From NCBI GenBank assembly GCA_023247035.1, contig JAHFHG010000001.1, positions 2,021-66,020 of the forward strand: DNA of 64,000 bases. The letters are read 5' to 3'. This document shows positions 27,888 to 38,832 of the stretch, one piece after another. Within the stretch, counting starts at the first letter, position 1, and every line of letters begins with the position of its first letter. Source of the stretch: Candidatus Omnitrophota bacterium. GTDB lineage: Bacteria > Omnitrophota > Omnitrophia > Omnitrophales > Aquincolibacteriaceae. A program made the translations under genes and the position numbers. Under the pieces are notes generated by a model. The model made no database searches, had not been told where the DNA came from, and worked only from the letters and a program-made list of their open reading frames with translations.

Positions 27888-29852
27888 ATGTTCTATCATA
27901 AGTTATCTTCTTATTGTAAAAACATCTTTTTAAAAACTATTAAAAATTCAAGGAAGAGCAATTTGAAGCATCTTCGGCGACTTTTTATTTTTGCCGCTAT
28001 TTTGTGCCTGCCCGTCGTTTTCTTTTCGCTCTATACCCATTTTCTTTTGGATTATTCATTAGACAGCCTTGAGTTTGCGCTCCAGATGACGCACAGAAAA
28101 CCTGAAGAGGTATCGACGCTCGGCCGCAAAGTTTATCATTCGGTCGTCAAGGATCTGATCCTTGAAGAGGCCTTCGCGGAAAATGTGAATTATGAAAATT
28201 TGGCGCTGCTTGAATTGACGGCGAGATCTTTCAATGAGTCCCTGGGGCGCCAGGGTTATAAAAACGCGGAACTTTATCTGAATGAGATTGTAAAAAATAA
28301 GTTGCCCGGCCGTCACCCGATCCTGCGCTTCCTGGATTTTCTGTACCTGCGTTTTTTAGATCTCCACCGTTCCTTTTCCTCATTTATGGAATATCAAAAC
28401 GCGCGCAAAGCCGCTAAGAAACAAGCGGCAAGCCCGGCGCTTGAGTATTCAGGAAGCCTTCTTTTAACTCAGGCCCAGGCGAGCGAAGAAAAAAAAGATT
28501 TGGCCAAGGCCCTGGAACTCTACAGAGAATATTTAAAGTTTTATCCTAAAAGCCCGGACCGCGGTTTTGTGCAAGTTTCCATAAGCCAAATCCTGATTCA
28601 GCAGAAAAGATTTTACGAGGCCGAGAACTTGCTTGAGGATGTCCAAAACAATTTTAAGGGGCAGCATGAGGCTGAGATTTCACAGCGCCTTTTGAGAAAA
28701 ATCGAGATCCTCAGGAAGCGGCAAAAATGGGCCAAAGAATTGGAGCGCCTCCTCCTCAAACCGGAATCCCGCAACGATCTCGAAAGCGAATTTTTAGACC
28801 TCAAACTGAAGCTGGGCATTTCCTATTTTTCTCTTTATGAATTCGAACGCTCCAAAGAGATCTTCGAGGCCTTGAGCAAAAGCCGTGAGGCCCGGATCAG
28901 GCAGAAAGCTCAATTTTATCTTGCGTGGCTCTACAAACAGAATGCCGATTTTAATCAAGGCGAAAAAGTCATCCTCGGCCTCCTGAAGGATCCGCTCCTG
29001 GATGAGCAAATGAATTTGGGGCTCCACGCCGGACTTGCAGATATTTATTATCAGCAGAAGGATATCCCCAAAGCCCTTGCGCAATATGAAGATCTCTCCC
29101 AAAAGATTCAAAAGAAAAGTTTAAATCACAGGGCCATTTATGAAGCCTGGGCTGCGCTGGCAGAATTGGAGCAGGCCATGATTTATTTTTATGATTTTTC
29201 GAGCTTGGAGGAAACCCAGAAGCATCTCAATCTCGCAAAACTGTTTACCTTCGCCCTTTCGGATTTTGATTTCGAGACGATGTTAAAGACCCATGAAAAT
29301 ATGAGTCTCCGGGATTACGCTTTTTCTCTCTTGTTTCAAAGAAAAGTGACCCTTGCCTTCGAAGTATTTAAAAAACACCTGGAGCGTCATCCCGAAGATG
29401 CCTGGGCGCATTCGGGCATTGCAACCGTTCATATGTTGATGGGGGATATGAATGAGGCCCGGCGTTCCGCGCAGAAGGGGTACAAACTCAAAGGCGACGA
29501 ATATACCGCTTCCGTGCTTGCCTACCTTTACAGTTTGCGCCAGAAAGATAAAACGGCGCTCATTCTTTATACGAAAGCCGTCCGCTGGAATCCCGAATAC
29601 CTCATTGCGCGATTTAACCTCGGCTGCGTTTATCTCAAATTAGAAAGATTCGAAACAGCGATTCAAGCGTTTGAGAAAATAGACCGTGCGCTGCCCCTGC
29701 ATCGTTATATGCGCGCAAAAGTATTCAACAATATGGGCTACGCGTACTGGGGCTTGGGCCGTCAGGACAAGGCCGTGGAAAAGTTTAAGGAAGCCCTGGC
29801 CTTGAGCGCGAAATCCCAAACCGCGAAAGACAATTTGGAGCAGCTTCAATGA
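27888..29852 (+). CDS. Membrane-anchored tetratricopeptide repeat protein (true start possibly TTG 27963)
   Basis: N-terminal TM followed by many TPR-like helices (e.g. ARFNLGCVY, VFNNMGYAY). Confidence 0.85.
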   Translation: MFYHKLSSYCKNIFLKTIKNSRKSNLKHLRRLFIFAAILCLPVVFFSLYTHFLLDYSLDSLEFALQMTHRKPEEVSTLGRKVYHSVVKDLILEEAFAENVNYENLALLELTARSFNESLGRQGYKNAELYLNEIVKNKLPGRHPILRFLDFLYLRFLDLHRSFSSFMEYQNARKAAKKQAASPALEYSGSLLLTQAQASEEKKDLAKALELYREYLKFYPKSPDRGFVQVSISQILIQQKRFYEAENLLEDVQNNFKGQHEAEISQRLLRKIEILRKRQKWAKELERLLLKPESRNDLESEFLDLKLKLGISYFSLYEFERSKEIFEALSKSREARIRQKAQFYLAWLYKQNADFNQGEKVILGLLKDPLLDEQMNLGLHAGLADIYYQQKDIPKALAQYEDLSQKIQKKSLNHRAIYEAWAALAELEQAMIYFYDFSSLEETQKHLNLAKLFTFALSDFDFETMLKTHENMSLRDYAFSLLFQRKVTLAFEVFKKHLERHPEDAWAHSGIATVHMLMGDMNEARRSAQKGYKLKGDEYTASVLAYLYSLRQKDKTALILYTKAVRWNPEYLIARFNLGCVYLKLERFETAIQAFEKIDRALPLHRYMRAKVFNNMGYAYWGLGRQDKAVEKFKEALALSAKSQTAKDNLEQLQ

Positions 29853-31321
29853 ACTCGATAGGCGAAACAGCGCGGGAGCGGCGGGCCGTGAGATTCTCTA
29901 AAGGAATCAGGATCCTCTCGAAGGCCGCGGCGGCCGGCCTGATCCTTTTTGTCACCGCGCCCAAGCCGGCCGAAGCCATTGTCGGAAAGGCCGAAGAATA
30001 TGATCCTTTCGAGCAAGAAGCCCTGGAAGAATTTCAAAGGTCTCTGACTCTGGAAGACCGCGGCCGGGATAAGGTCCAGGAATCTCTTGAGGCCTTGGAG
30101 AAAAAACAAAAGGAGATCAAGACGGCCGCCAAAGGAAAGCGGAAGGATTCTATGGAAAAGGAAATTGAAAGCTTGAAACAGCAAATTTTAAAAATCCCCA
30201 AGCGTGACCGCCTTCTTTTTGAAATCAATGGACAGCATATTTATGAATCCAACGTTGAGCGCCGTACCCCCCACTACGAGAAAGGGGACTCTATTTTTGA
30301 TCTCAGGCCGACGGCGATTGTGGATCTTTCCGGAAAGAAGACGGACCTGCGCCTGGAGCTGGCGGGAGGCAAGCAGTGGAACATCAAATTTCCGGTCAAA
30401 GATTTTTGGGAAGGTTCGGAGAGGATACGCTACCGCAGAAGGTATTTCAAAAAGGTCCACCAGGCGATCAATTCCAAGATTGCGCGCCACAGCAGCAAAA
30501 CGGTTGAAGTCAATCAGACCCGCGTCCGGTGGGACTCGGACCAAGTCCATACGGTCAATCTTGCGCTTTCGAAGAAGTTCTCCATCAATAATGACACAAG
30601 CCTGTTGCACCGGCAGTTTACGCACGAAAATTTTGATCAGGATTCCAACTGGCAATTTACGGAAGCCCCCAGCCTCTTTTTCCACCTCACGCCGAAGAGC
30701 CGGATTTCGGCGGGCTATTCTTTTGGCGCAAGCCGTATCCGCAGCAAGGCAGGAGACGCCAACGCGCACGAGGTGCACCTGGGCTATTTCGGAGCGGTGA
30801 CCCGGAAATCCTCGGTCAGCTTTGATGCGGCCTTTTCTCACCAGACACCCCGGTCCCGGGAAACCAGCAGGACAAACACTTATAAAACCGGCGTCGGGTA
30901 TATTTGGCAAATGACCCCGAAGAGCCAAATGGTGGTCCAGCTTATTCGTTCCCTGCAGGATTCGACCTCCGAGACCGTAAGCAGCACGGCTTCCACAAAT
31001 AGCGCGCCCCAGGCCGAGAAAACAGATACTCACTTTATCAATGAGAGCCTTTCCATTTCTTTGAATTCCCGTTTGACGAAAAAATTCACGACTATTTTTA
31101 CAGTCAACGGCGCCCATTTTAAGAGCAAGGTCCAAAAGGGCGGGGACAAGAGCAGTGAAAGCCAGCAGTGGAGTTTGCCCATTACCTTGACGCTCATTTA
31201 CTACCTGCGCCAATGGATGACGCTCACGGCAGACTATACCTTTTCTTACCGGAGAGGCGATGCCAAAGCGGATGAATATCGAGACCATATTCTCAAATCA
31301 TCCCTGCGGATGATTTTTTAA
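29849..31321 (+). CDS. Outer membrane beta-barrel protein of a polysaccharide locus (BBP2/VpsM/EpsX-like)
   Basis: Signal peptide, alternating amphipathic beta-strands, terminal Phe (LRMIF); immediately upstream of OPX and Wzc. Confidence 0.75.
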   Translation: MNSIGETARERRAVRFSKGIRILSKAAAAGLILFVTAPKPAEAIVGKAEEYDPFEQEALEEFQRSLTLEDRGRDKVQESLEALEKKQKEIKTAAKGKRKDSMEKEIESLKQQILKIPKRDRLLFEINGQHIYESNVERRTPHYEKGDSIFDLRPTAIVDLSGKKTDLRLELAGGKQWNIKFPVKDFWEGSERIRYRRRYFKKVHQAINSKIARHSSKTVEVNQTRVRWDSDQVHTVNLALSKKFSINNDTSLLHRQFTHENFDQDSNWQFTEAPSLFFHLTPKSRISAGYSFGASRIRSKAGDANAHEVHLGYFGAVTRKSSVSFDAAFSHQTPRSRETSRTNTYKTGVGYIWQMTPKSQMVVQLIRSLQDSTSETVSSTASTNSAPQAEKTDTHFINESLSISLNSRLTKKFTTIFTVNGAHFKSKVQKGGDKSSESQQWSLPITLTLIYYLRQWMTLTADYTFSYRRGDAKADEYRDHILKSSLRMIF

Positions 31322-31337
31322 AAAGGAGGTTTTTGCG

Positions 31338-31979
31338 ATGAAACGAGCGGAATATTTTTTGGGGGGACTCCTCTTCATGTGCCTCATGAGGAATCCGGCG
31401 TTGTTTGCCGGGCCGCAATCGGCGGACGCATCCCTTTTGGCAAGTAAAAAGGAGGTGGAAAAAGCCTACGTGCTGGAGGCCGGGGACCGGATTCGCGTTA
31501 AAATTTATCCCGACGATCCGTTTATCAGGGGCGGGGATATGCAGATCAGCTCCGACGGAAACATTACGCTTTCTCTTCTCGGCAAAGTTCATGTCGAAGG
31601 AAAGCCCGTGAATGAAGTCGAGAGATTACTCTCGGAGAAAATTGATCAGGATTACATTGTCAGCCCCGAGGTGGTGATTGAAGTTTTGCAATTTAGAGAA
31701 AAAAGTGTCGTGCTCCTGGGGGAAGTGCGAAAACCCGGGACCTATCCGTTTCCGCAAGGCGCGACCCAAATGACTTTGCTCGAAGCCGTTTCGCTGGCCG
31801 GCGGATTTTCGGATATTGCGAATATTAAAAAAGTTAAAATCATCCGAAAGCGCGCCGAAGGGACGGGGGAAGTGAAGGAAATCCTCCACGCCAATGCGGA
31901 AGCGATCATTAGCGGTGAACAAGAGGACGTGCCTCTTGAGTCCGGAGACGTCGTTCACGTTTCCGAAAGCCTGTTTTAA
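31338..31979 (+). CDS. Short OPX/Wza-family polysaccharide export protein
   Basis: YVLEAGDRI, GNITLSLLG, SLBB GEVRKPG..AGGF; ends at GDVVHVSESLF with no C-terminal helix. Confidence 0.9.
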   Translation: MKRAEYFLGGLLFMCLMRNPALFAGPQSADASLLASKKEVEKAYVLEAGDRIRVKIYPDDPFIRGGDMQISSDGNITLSLLGKVHVEGKPVNEVERLLSEKIDQDYIVSPEVVIEVLQFREKSVVLLGEVRKPGTYPFPQGATQMTLLEAVSLAGGFSDIANIKKVKIIRKRAEGTGEVKEILHANAEAIISGEQEDVPLESGDVVHVSESLF

Positions 31980-32052
31980 CGGAGGTTCCATAAAAGAATC
32001 GTGGAAAGAAAACAGAACCTTGCCGATACATTCTTAAATTGAGTTTCAGCTT

Positions 32053-33858
32053 ATGAAAGACGAACGTGTCATAGCCAGCTACGGTTACGTTGAAGACGTC
32101 GAAAAACCGATCGACTACAAATATTACTTCTTCCTCTTCAAAAAGAACTTCTACATTGTTTTTACCTTTTTTATTATTTGCGTGACGCTTGCGGGAATGT
32201 ATGTCTCCAAACTCCCCACGCAGTACCAAGCGATCACTCAAGTGCTTATCGAAAGGCCGCCGGCTCCTTGGAAAGAGGACTCGCCCTCAGGCCCTGAGTC
32301 GGCTGCGGGAAGCTGGCCCTTGGATTATTACAGCACCCAAATGGAGATTATGCGCAGCCCGGCCGTTTTAAGGCAGGTGGAAGAAGAACTGCAGCTTTCC
32401 AATTACTTTGGAGTGGACAATCCGGATTTAGCGGTGGTGAAAATTCGGGAGATGGTTTTCATCCAGCGTGTCGCAGAGAGCCGTCTTTTTAATATTTTTG
32501 CCAGATTTCCGGAAGCCCAAATGGCGGCCAAAGCCGCTAATGCCGTGGCGCGGGCCTATATCCGGAAGAATTTTGAAAACGCTCTTTATTATTCCAAGGA
32601 AATCCTGGGCTGGCTTCCTCAAAAAGGCCGGGAAGAAGAGATGGTTACCATTGAGGATCCCTTCGGAGGGATGAGGCAGATTTCCCGCCACGAACTTGTC
32701 GAAAGCCTTCCCTCGATCCGGACCGACCCCACGTTACGCAGCTTGAGAGAAAAGAAAAGCGCGCAAGAAGCGGAACTGGCCGCGCTTCTCAAACAATACC
32801 GCGAGAAACACCCTCTTCTTGTCAAGGCCCGCGCGAATCTGAAATTTCTTGAAGAAAGCATCGAAGCGGAAAAAATGAGGATTATCGAGGGCCTCAAAAC
32901 CCAGGCCGAGGGCCGCCACCAGGCCGGCTACGCCAGAATTATTGAAGAAGGCAAAATTCCCAAAGCGCCGCTGCCCGTCGACCGGGGAAGAATTATTTTC
33001 CTCGTCGGACTGGGCGATCTGCTGGTGAGTTTCATCCTGATTGTCCTGATTGATTACTTTGACGACACGATCCGAACGGTCGAGGATTTTGAGCGCAGGG
33101 GGCTGATTCTTCCGTTCTTAGGCCCGATTCCTTTGGTGAAGAAGAAAAATTGGGAAATCGATAAAGAAAACATTTCAGGTTATTACGGAAAGAATCCGGA
33201 CATTGCCGAAGCCTTCCGCTACCTGCGCGTGGCGATCAATTTTTCCGGCTCGCCGGAGGCTTTGAAAATCCTTGTCTTTTCAAGCTGTCTTCCGCACGAA
33301 GGCAAGAGTTTTACGTCTCACAATATTGCCATTTCCCTGGCCCTTGATGGAAACAGGACTCTCCTGATCGACGCGGATCTCCGCCGCCCTATTTTGCACC
33401 AGACCTTCCAGGTGGAAAATTCTTCAGGGCTTTCGAACTATCTTACAAGCAAGGTGGAGTTTCAGTCTGTGATCAGGGAATCCTTCGTGGATAATTTGTT
33501 TCTTGTCGTCAGCGGGCCGATGTCTCCGAATCCCGGGGAAATTTTAGGCTCGGACCGGATGAAACAGTTCCTCGAAGAGGCCAGGGACAGCTTTGACCGT
33601 ATCATTATTGATTGCCCGCCCCTGACCGGGATCGGCGACGGCTACGTCGTCGGCAGTTTGATCGGCCAGCTGATTCTTGTTGTGGCTGCGGGCAAAACGC
33701 CTGCCGACCTTATTAAGCATACCCAAAAACAGCTCGAGAAAGCTCACGTGAAAGTGATGGGTTCGGTCCTGAATATGGTGGACCTTGAAAAAGAACGCTA
33801 CAGCGGCTACTCCAAACATTATTACAGTACCTACACCCGCTATTATAAGCAGGATTGA
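32053..33858 (+). CDS. wzc: Polysaccharide co-polymerase / tyrosine autokinase (Wzc family)
   Basis: Two TM, PHEGKS, IDADLRRP, IIDCPP, Tyr-rich tail. Confidence 0.9.
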   Translation: MKDERVIASYGYVEDVEKPIDYKYYFFLFKKNFYIVFTFFIICVTLAGMYVSKLPTQYQAITQVLIERPPAPWKEDSPSGPESAAGSWPLDYYSTQMEIMRSPAVLRQVEEELQLSNYFGVDNPDLAVVKIREMVFIQRVAESRLFNIFARFPEAQMAAKAANAVARAYIRKNFENALYYSKEILGWLPQKGREEEMVTIEDPFGGMRQISRHELVESLPSIRTDPTLRSLREKKSAQEAELAALLKQYREKHPLLVKARANLKFLEESIEAEKMRIIEGLKTQAEGRHQAGYARIIEEGKIPKAPLPVDRGRIIFLVGLGDLLVSFILIVLIDYFDDTIRTVEDFERRGLILPFLGPIPLVKKKNWEIDKENISGYYGKNPDIAEAFRYLRVAINFSGSPEALKILVFSSCLPHEGKSFTSHNIAISLALDGNRTLLIDADLRRPILHQTFQVENSSGLSNYLTSKVEFQSVIRESFVDNLFLVVSGPMSPNPGEILGSDRMKQFLEEARDSFDRIIIDCPPLTGIGDGYVVGSLIGQLILVVAAGKTPADLIKHTQKQLEKAHVKVMGSVLNMVDLEKERYSGYSKHYYSTYTRYYKQD

Positions 33859-33934
33859 ATTTTTTTTTGAGCCTTCCCTAAGCCCTCCGTAACGGATAGT
33901 CCTTTTGGTCGCCCGCCCCGGCCTTACGGCTTTA

Positions 33935-34018
33935 TTGACATTGAAATTGAAAATGGGATAATGGATTCTCTTGTCCGGCTGGATTAGAACCTATAATCCT
34001 CGATAAATTCAAGATTTA
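33935..34018 (+). promoter_or_regulatory. nifS operon promoter and imperfect palindrome (possible Rrf2/IscR-type site)
   Basis: TTGACA-N16-GATAAT; TAATCCTCGA-N5-TCAAGATTTA at 33994-34018. Confidence 0.45.
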
Positions 34019-34052
34019 AAAAACAGAAAGGGGCCTCTTTTTCTCATTTTCA

Positions 34053-35246
34053 ATGTCTCCCTATTATTTTGACTACAACGCAACAACACCGCTGGCTCCC
34101 GAGGTCTTAAGGGAAATGGAGCCTTATCTGACCCGGCATTTTGGGAATCCCTCCAGTTTTTATCAATTGGGCCGCGCCGCAAACCGCGCGCTCAGGCAAG
34201 CCCGGAAGCTCACGGCCTCTTTATTGGGCGCGGCTGACGACAACGAAATCATTTTCACAAGCGGCGGAACCGAGAGCAATAACACGGCCATCCGTTCGGC
34301 GCTTTCTATTTCCGGAAAAAAACAGATCCTCACGAGTGCGGTGGAACATTCCAGCGTGCGCAACGTGGCCGGGCAGCTTCGCAAAGAAGGTTATCAGATC
34401 ACGGAAATCGGCGTGGACGCCCAGGGCCGTCTAAATTTGGAACAGCTTCGGGAGGCTGTTTCTGATCAAACCGCTGTGATTTCTCTGATGATGGCCAATA
34501 ATGAAACGGGCGTTATTTTTCCCGTCGAAGAAGCCGGAAAGATCGCCAAAGAAAAGGGAATCTTTTTTCACGTCGACGCGGTCCAGGCCGCCGGAAAGAT
34601 TCCCCTTCATTTGAAGGACAGCGCGGTTGATTTCCTTTCCGTTTCCGCGCACAAGTTTTACGGCCCCAAAGGCGTCGGCGTCCTCTACGTCAAAAAGGGG
34701 ACCGGTTTTTCACCTTTGATTTCCGGAGGATCGCAGGAGCGCGGCAGGCGGGCCGGCACTGAAAATGTTCCGGGCATTGTGGGCCTTGGCGCTGCAAGCG
34801 AATGGATTCAAAAAGAACTGCGCGAAGAACCGGCGCGTTTGAAAAAATTGCAGGTTGAATTCGAAACCGCGATCCGCAGCCGGGTCTCGGGTGTCACGGT
34901 AAGCGGGGAACGGGCGGACCGGCTCCCCAACACAAGCCATTTGCGATGGGAAGGAATCGAAGCAGAAACCCTTCTGATTGCCCTGGATCAAAGGGAGATT
35001 TATGCTTCAAGCGGCTCGGCCTGTATGAGCGGCTCGCGCCGGCCTTCGCACGTTTTAAAAGCAATGGGCTGCACGGACGAGGCGGCGGCTTCTGCGGTCC
35101 GCTTTAGTTTTGGGAAATATACGACTGAGAAAGAGATTCAGTTTTTGGCCGAAGAATTAAGCCGTCTTGTGACTCACTTGAGATCAGGAAACGGAAAATC
35201 GCACGCCCACTTTTCCGAACGTTTCGCCAAAGAGGGCGTCCTTTAA
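34053..35246 (+). CDS. nifS: Cysteine desulfurase (NifS/IscS family)
   Basis: DYNATTP, FTSGGTE, SAHKFYGPKG, SSGSAC. Confidence 0.93.
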   Translation: MSPYYFDYNATTPLAPEVLREMEPYLTRHFGNPSSFYQLGRAANRALRQARKLTASLLGAADDNEIIFTSGGTESNNTAIRSALSISGKKQILTSAVEHSSVRNVAGQLRKEGYQITEIGVDAQGRLNLEQLREAVSDQTAVISLMMANNETGVIFPVEEAGKIAKEKGIFFHVDAVQAAGKIPLHLKDSAVDFLSVSAHKFYGPKGVGVLYVKKGTGFSPLISGGSQERGRRAGTENVPGIVGLGAASEWIQKELREEPARLKKLQVEFETAIRSRVSGVTVSGERADRLPNTSHLRWEGIEAETLLIALDQREIYASSGSACMSGSRRPSHVLKAMGCTDEAAASAVRFSFGKYTTEKEIQFLAEELSRLVTHLRSGNGKSHAHFSERFAKEGVL

Positions 35247-36281
35247 ATGTCCGCTCCCACCCAAGAGCAAATCCTCGGCATTCTCAAAACGGTCGAGGAT
35301 CCGGAACTCAAACGCGATATTGTTTCGCTCGGGATGGTCAAGGAGATCGTTATCCAGCCGCAGGATTTGTCCGTTCATTTGAATGGAGCCTCAACGCCGC
35401 CTGCCGTGATCGACGCGGTCAAGAATCAGATTGAAAAGAAACTTTCCGTCCTGGAAGGGATTAAAAATGTGAAAATTAATTTCAGCCGTCCGGCCCCGCA
35501 GACGGGATCTCCTCCTTTGGCAAGGCGGCAGTCTATTCCGGGGATCTGTGACGTGGTGGCCGTGGCAAGCGGTAAAGGCGGGGTCGGCAAGACGACGGTG
35601 GCTGTGAATCTTGCGCTGGCCTTTGCCAAGCACGGGTATACAGTCGGCTTGATGGACGGGGATATTTACGGCCCCAATGTTCCTCTGATGCTCGGCGTGT
35701 CTTCTGAGACGCGTCCGCAAGTCAACTCTCAGGAAAAATTGATCCCGATTGAAGCGCAGGGAATACGGATGATTTCAATGGGAGTTTTGGTTCCTCCGGA
35801 CCAGCCGATGGTCTGGCGGGGGCCGATGCTTCACAGCGCGGTGACGCAATTTTTACAAAAGGTCGATTGGGGGGAGCTTGATTTTTTGCTGGTGGACTTG
35901 CCGCCGGGCACGGGCGATGTCCAGCTTTCTTTGGTGCAAAGCGTCCCGCTTTCGGGATCTGTGATTGTGACGACTCCCCAAGAGGTCGCGCTCATGGACG
36001 TCCGCAAAGGAATCGCAATGTTCCGAAAAACGGAAGTGCCGATCCTGGGTATCATTGAAAACATGACCGGCGAGGTCTTCGGAAAAGGCGGCGGCCGGAA
36101 GGCGGCTCTTCAATATAAGGTCCCTTTCTTGGGCGAGATCCCGCTCGACAGCCGGATCCGCGAGGGCGGAGATAAGGGAACGCCGATTGTTTTATCCGTT
36201 CCGGACAGTCCGGCAGCCCGGGGTTTTATGAAAGCGGCCGAGGCGCTTGAGCAAGCGGTCGGCGCGGGAGTAAAAAAATAA
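35247..36281 (+). CDS. mrp: Mrp/ApbC (NBP35) Fe-S carrier ATPase
   Basis: N-terminal DUF59 (DPEL..DIVSLG), GKGGVGKT, WRGPM, DLPPGTGD, ENM. Confidence 0.92.
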   Translation: MSAPTQEQILGILKTVEDPELKRDIVSLGMVKEIVIQPQDLSVHLNGASTPPAVIDAVKNQIEKKLSVLEGIKNVKINFSRPAPQTGSPPLARRQSIPGICDVVAVASGKGGVGKTTVAVNLALAFAKHGYTVGLMDGDIYGPNVPLMLGVSSETRPQVNSQEKLIPIEAQGIRMISMGVLVPPDQPMVWRGPMLHSAVTQFLQKVDWGELDFLLVDLPPGTGDVQLSLVQSVPLSGSVIVTTPQEVALMDVRKGIAMFRKTEVPILGIIENMTGEVFGKGGGRKAALQYKVPFLGEIPLDSRIREGGDKGTPIVLSVPDSPAARGFMKAAEALEQAVGAGVKK

Positions 36282-36887
36282 ATGGAACCTTCAGCGCATT
36301 CTGTGATTCCGGGCGCCAAATCTTCGGATACCCAGCAGATGGAGGCGATTGTCTACGATCTGTTAAAACTCCTGGGAGAAAATTCCGAACGGGAAGGGCT
36401 TCTGCGGACTCCCAAACGCGTGGCCGCTTCTTTGAAATATTTGACGCAAGGCTACCGGCAGGACATTCAAAAGATTTTGAATAACGCGATCTTTCAAGAA
36501 CCCTACAGCGAAATGGTGGTGGTCCGGGACATTGAAATATTTTCGCTTTGCGAACACCATCTCCTTCCTTTTTACGGCAAAGCGCACGTGGCTTATATCC
36601 CCAACGGCAGGATCATCGGCTTAAGCAAGATCCCGCGCGTGGTGGAGGTTTTCGCCAAACGCCTCCAGGTGCAGGAGAGGCTCACCATGCAGATTGCCAA
36701 TTGCCTGATGGATGCCCTTCGGCCGTGCGGCGTAGGCGTGGTGATCGAGGCCTTCCACCTTTGTATGGCGATGCGGGGCGTGGAAAAATCCAATGCCTTT
36801 ACGGTGACGAGCGCAATGCTGGGGAGTTTCCTGAATTCCGAAAGGGCCCGCGGGGAATTTTTGAGTTTGATCGGCAAGAAATATTAG
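36282..36887 (+). CDS. folE: GTP cyclohydrolase I
   Basis: [31 protein letters not shown]. Confidence 0.97.
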   Translation: MEPSAHSVIPGAKSSDTQQMEAIVYDLLKLLGENSEREGLLRTPKRVAASLKYLTQGYRQDIQKILNNAIFQEPYSEMVVVRDIEIFSLCEHHLLPFYGKAHVAYIPNGRIIGLSKIPRVVEVFAKRLQVQERLTMQIANCLMDALRPCGVGVVIEAFHLCMAMRGVEKSNAFTVTSAMLGSFLNSERARGEFLSLIGKKY

Positions 36888-37964
36888 TTAAGACCGGCCG
36901 CCCGGCCGGCGTCCAGGGACGGTCAGACACGCGTCGATTTTCTTTTCGAGTTCCGCAATCTGTTCCTTCAGCCTTTGGATTTCATCCAGCATTTCAGCGG
37001 ATCTGAGCTGAGCCGCGATCTGCCTGCGCGCTTCCTGATAAGGGCGCGCCGGTTCTCCAAAAACAACTTGTTTTGCAGGGACTTTTTTTCCGCTCGGGAA
37101 ACCCGATCCGGCGCCGACCATCGTCCAATCCCCGATCTCGACGTGGTCGCCGACCCCGACTTTGCCTCCCATTGTGACGTGCGCGCCGATTTTACAGCTT
37201 CCGGATATTCCCGTCTGCGCGGAGATGACCGTGTGCGGGCCGATCGAAACGTTGTGGGCAATCTGGACCTGATTATCGATCTTCACGCCTTTGGAAATCC
37301 TCGTGGAGCCGATCGTCGCGCGGTCGATGGTCGTCAGGGCCCCGATCTCCGCCTGATCTTCAATGACGACATTCCCGACCTGAGGGATTTTTTCCTGCGC
37401 CTCCGGAGTCGCGACGTAGCCGAAACCGTCCGCGCCGATAACGGAACCCGCGTGGATGACAACCGCATTTCCAATCTGGCAATTTTCGTAGATTGTCACG
37501 CCGGGGTGCAAAATGGATTTCTGGCCGATCCTGACATTCGAACCGACAAAAACGCGGCTCCGGATCACGGCTTCGTCACCGATTTCCGCAAGGTCTGAAA
37601 TCACGGCGAAAGGCTCTATCGTGACGCGCCGGCCGATTTTTGCGGAAGGTGAAATCACGGCCTTCTCGGAAATCGTCTGGCTGTAAGAAGCGGCCGGAAA
37701 GAAATATTCCAACAGTTTGGCCCAGGCGAGCTTGGGCTGGGGAACTTGAATCAGAGGCTTTGAAGAGCCCTCCAGGCTGGAAGGAACAATGAGGCAGGCG
37801 ATCGGCGAGGACTCTAAGCGCTTCAAGGTTTTCTCATCCTGGACAAACGTAATAAGGCCCGGCCCGGGCGACTCAAGGTTGGTGATGCCTGAGATGAGAA
37901 CTTGCCCGTCCCCAATCACACGTCCTTTGATTAAGGCGGCTAACTCCTGGACGGTCTTTGACAT
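36888..37964 (-). CDS. lpxD: UDP-3-O-(3-hydroxyacyl)glucosamine N-acyltransferase
   Basis: Hexapeptide repeats, [30 protein letters not shown]. Start reassigned to ATG 37964. Confidence 0.95.
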   Translation of the reverse strand: MSKTVQELAALIKGRVIGDGQVLISGITNLESPGPGLITFVQDEKTLKRLESSPIACLIVPSSLEGSSKPLIQVPQPKLAWAKLLEYFFPAASYSQTISEKAVISPSAKIGRRVTIEPFAVISDLAEIGDEAVIRSRVFVGSNVRIGQKSILHPGVTIYENCQIGNAVVIHAGSVIGADGFGYVATPEAQEKIPQVGNVVIEDQAEIGALTTIDRATIGSTRISKGVKIDNQVQIAHNVSIGPHTVISAQTGISGSCKIGAHVTMGGKVGVGDHVEIGDWTMVGAGSGFPSGKKVPAKQVVFGEPARPYQEARRQIAAQLRSAEMLDEIQRLKEQIAELEKKIDACLTVPGRRPGGRS

Positions 37965-38031
37965 AAGGCCGCGAGTATAACAATCGTGCCAGATACTTGT
38001 CAATGAAGGCAGGCTCGAAATTTTTAGAAGG

Positions 38032-38832
38032 CTAAATTCCCTTGGATCGGGGTTCGGCGGAAGAAGGGGGGGCAGAACCGGCAGAAGCGGTCGCCGGCGC
38101 CGGTGGAGGCGAAGGGCTTTCGGATTCAGGTTCCGCTTTTGCTTCGAGAGGGGGCAAGTGGTCTTTAAGATTCGCTCTTTTCTGAACTTCAAAGCGCCAC
38201 TTCAGAAAGCGCTCATATCTTTTCTGCTCCTCAAACTCTTTGAGGTATTGTTCCTTAAGCGTACCTTCAAATTTTTTTTCGGAAGGAAGATTGTGCGCGC
38301 GTTGGAACCTGAGAAGCGCGGCTTCTTCGTCGGCCGTGGCGCGCTCAACGGGTTCTTCATTGATTTTACGCATCAGTTTTTGGATACGCAGGATCTCGCG
38401 GACTTGGCTCTCAAACTCTTGCGGGGTCTGGCGCAGGCCCGCGGCCAGCCAATGTCTATAAACTTCAGGAGTGGGATCTTTAATCTGACGGTCTTCAAGA
38501 AGCCGGAGGATTTCCCGGCGGGCCTCCTCGTCTGAGACCTCGATTTTTCGGCGTTTTGCCTCGTGGGAATAAATAATGTTTTGCCAAGTTTTGCGCCTCA
38601 GCAAATCTTCAGCTTCCGGCGCAGGGCTTCCGAAGTTGAAAATCCGGCTGGCGCGGTAAAAGAGATTGTATTCCTGAAAAGAAATCTCCTTTCCAAAAAC
38701 TTCGCCGGCAACCCTCCCGCGTTTCTGAAATTGAGTGCCGATGCTGAATCCGCCCCACAAGGCAAAGCATAGAATGACGGCCCAGATAATGACTTTCGTA
38801 TTTTTCCTTAAACTTTTAAGCATGACCGCCAT
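38032..38832 (-). CDS. SurA N-terminal-domain (PpiD-like) periplasmic chaperone
   Basis: [33 protein letters not shown]; Pro-rich tail. Confidence 0.75.
   Translation of the reverse strand: MAVMLKSLRKNTKVIIWAVILCFALWGGFSIGTQFQKRGRVAGEVFGKEISFQEYNLFYRASRIFNFGSPAPEAEDLLRRKTWQNIIYSHEAKRRKIEVSDEEARREILRLLEDRQIKDPTPEVYRHWLAAGLRQTPQEFESQVREILRIQKLMRKINEEPVERATADEEAALLRFQRAHNLPSEKKFEGTLKEQYLKEFEEQKRYERFLKWRFEVQKRANLKDHLPPLEAKAEPESESPSPPPAPATASAGSAPPSSAEPRSKGI

Noticed and set aside
30188-31288. 366-aa antisense ORF (also 42427-43500, 9351-10223, 5838-6653, 61075-61773)
   Set aside because: These are shadow frames opposite well-supported genes, with no recognisable motifs.
37965-38192. N-terminal extensions in the ORF track (lpxD; also ubiX, menG, CPBP, nth, 44939-46225, 47993-49582)
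   Set aside because: They overlap neighbouring genes or promoters; family similarity begins at downstream starts.
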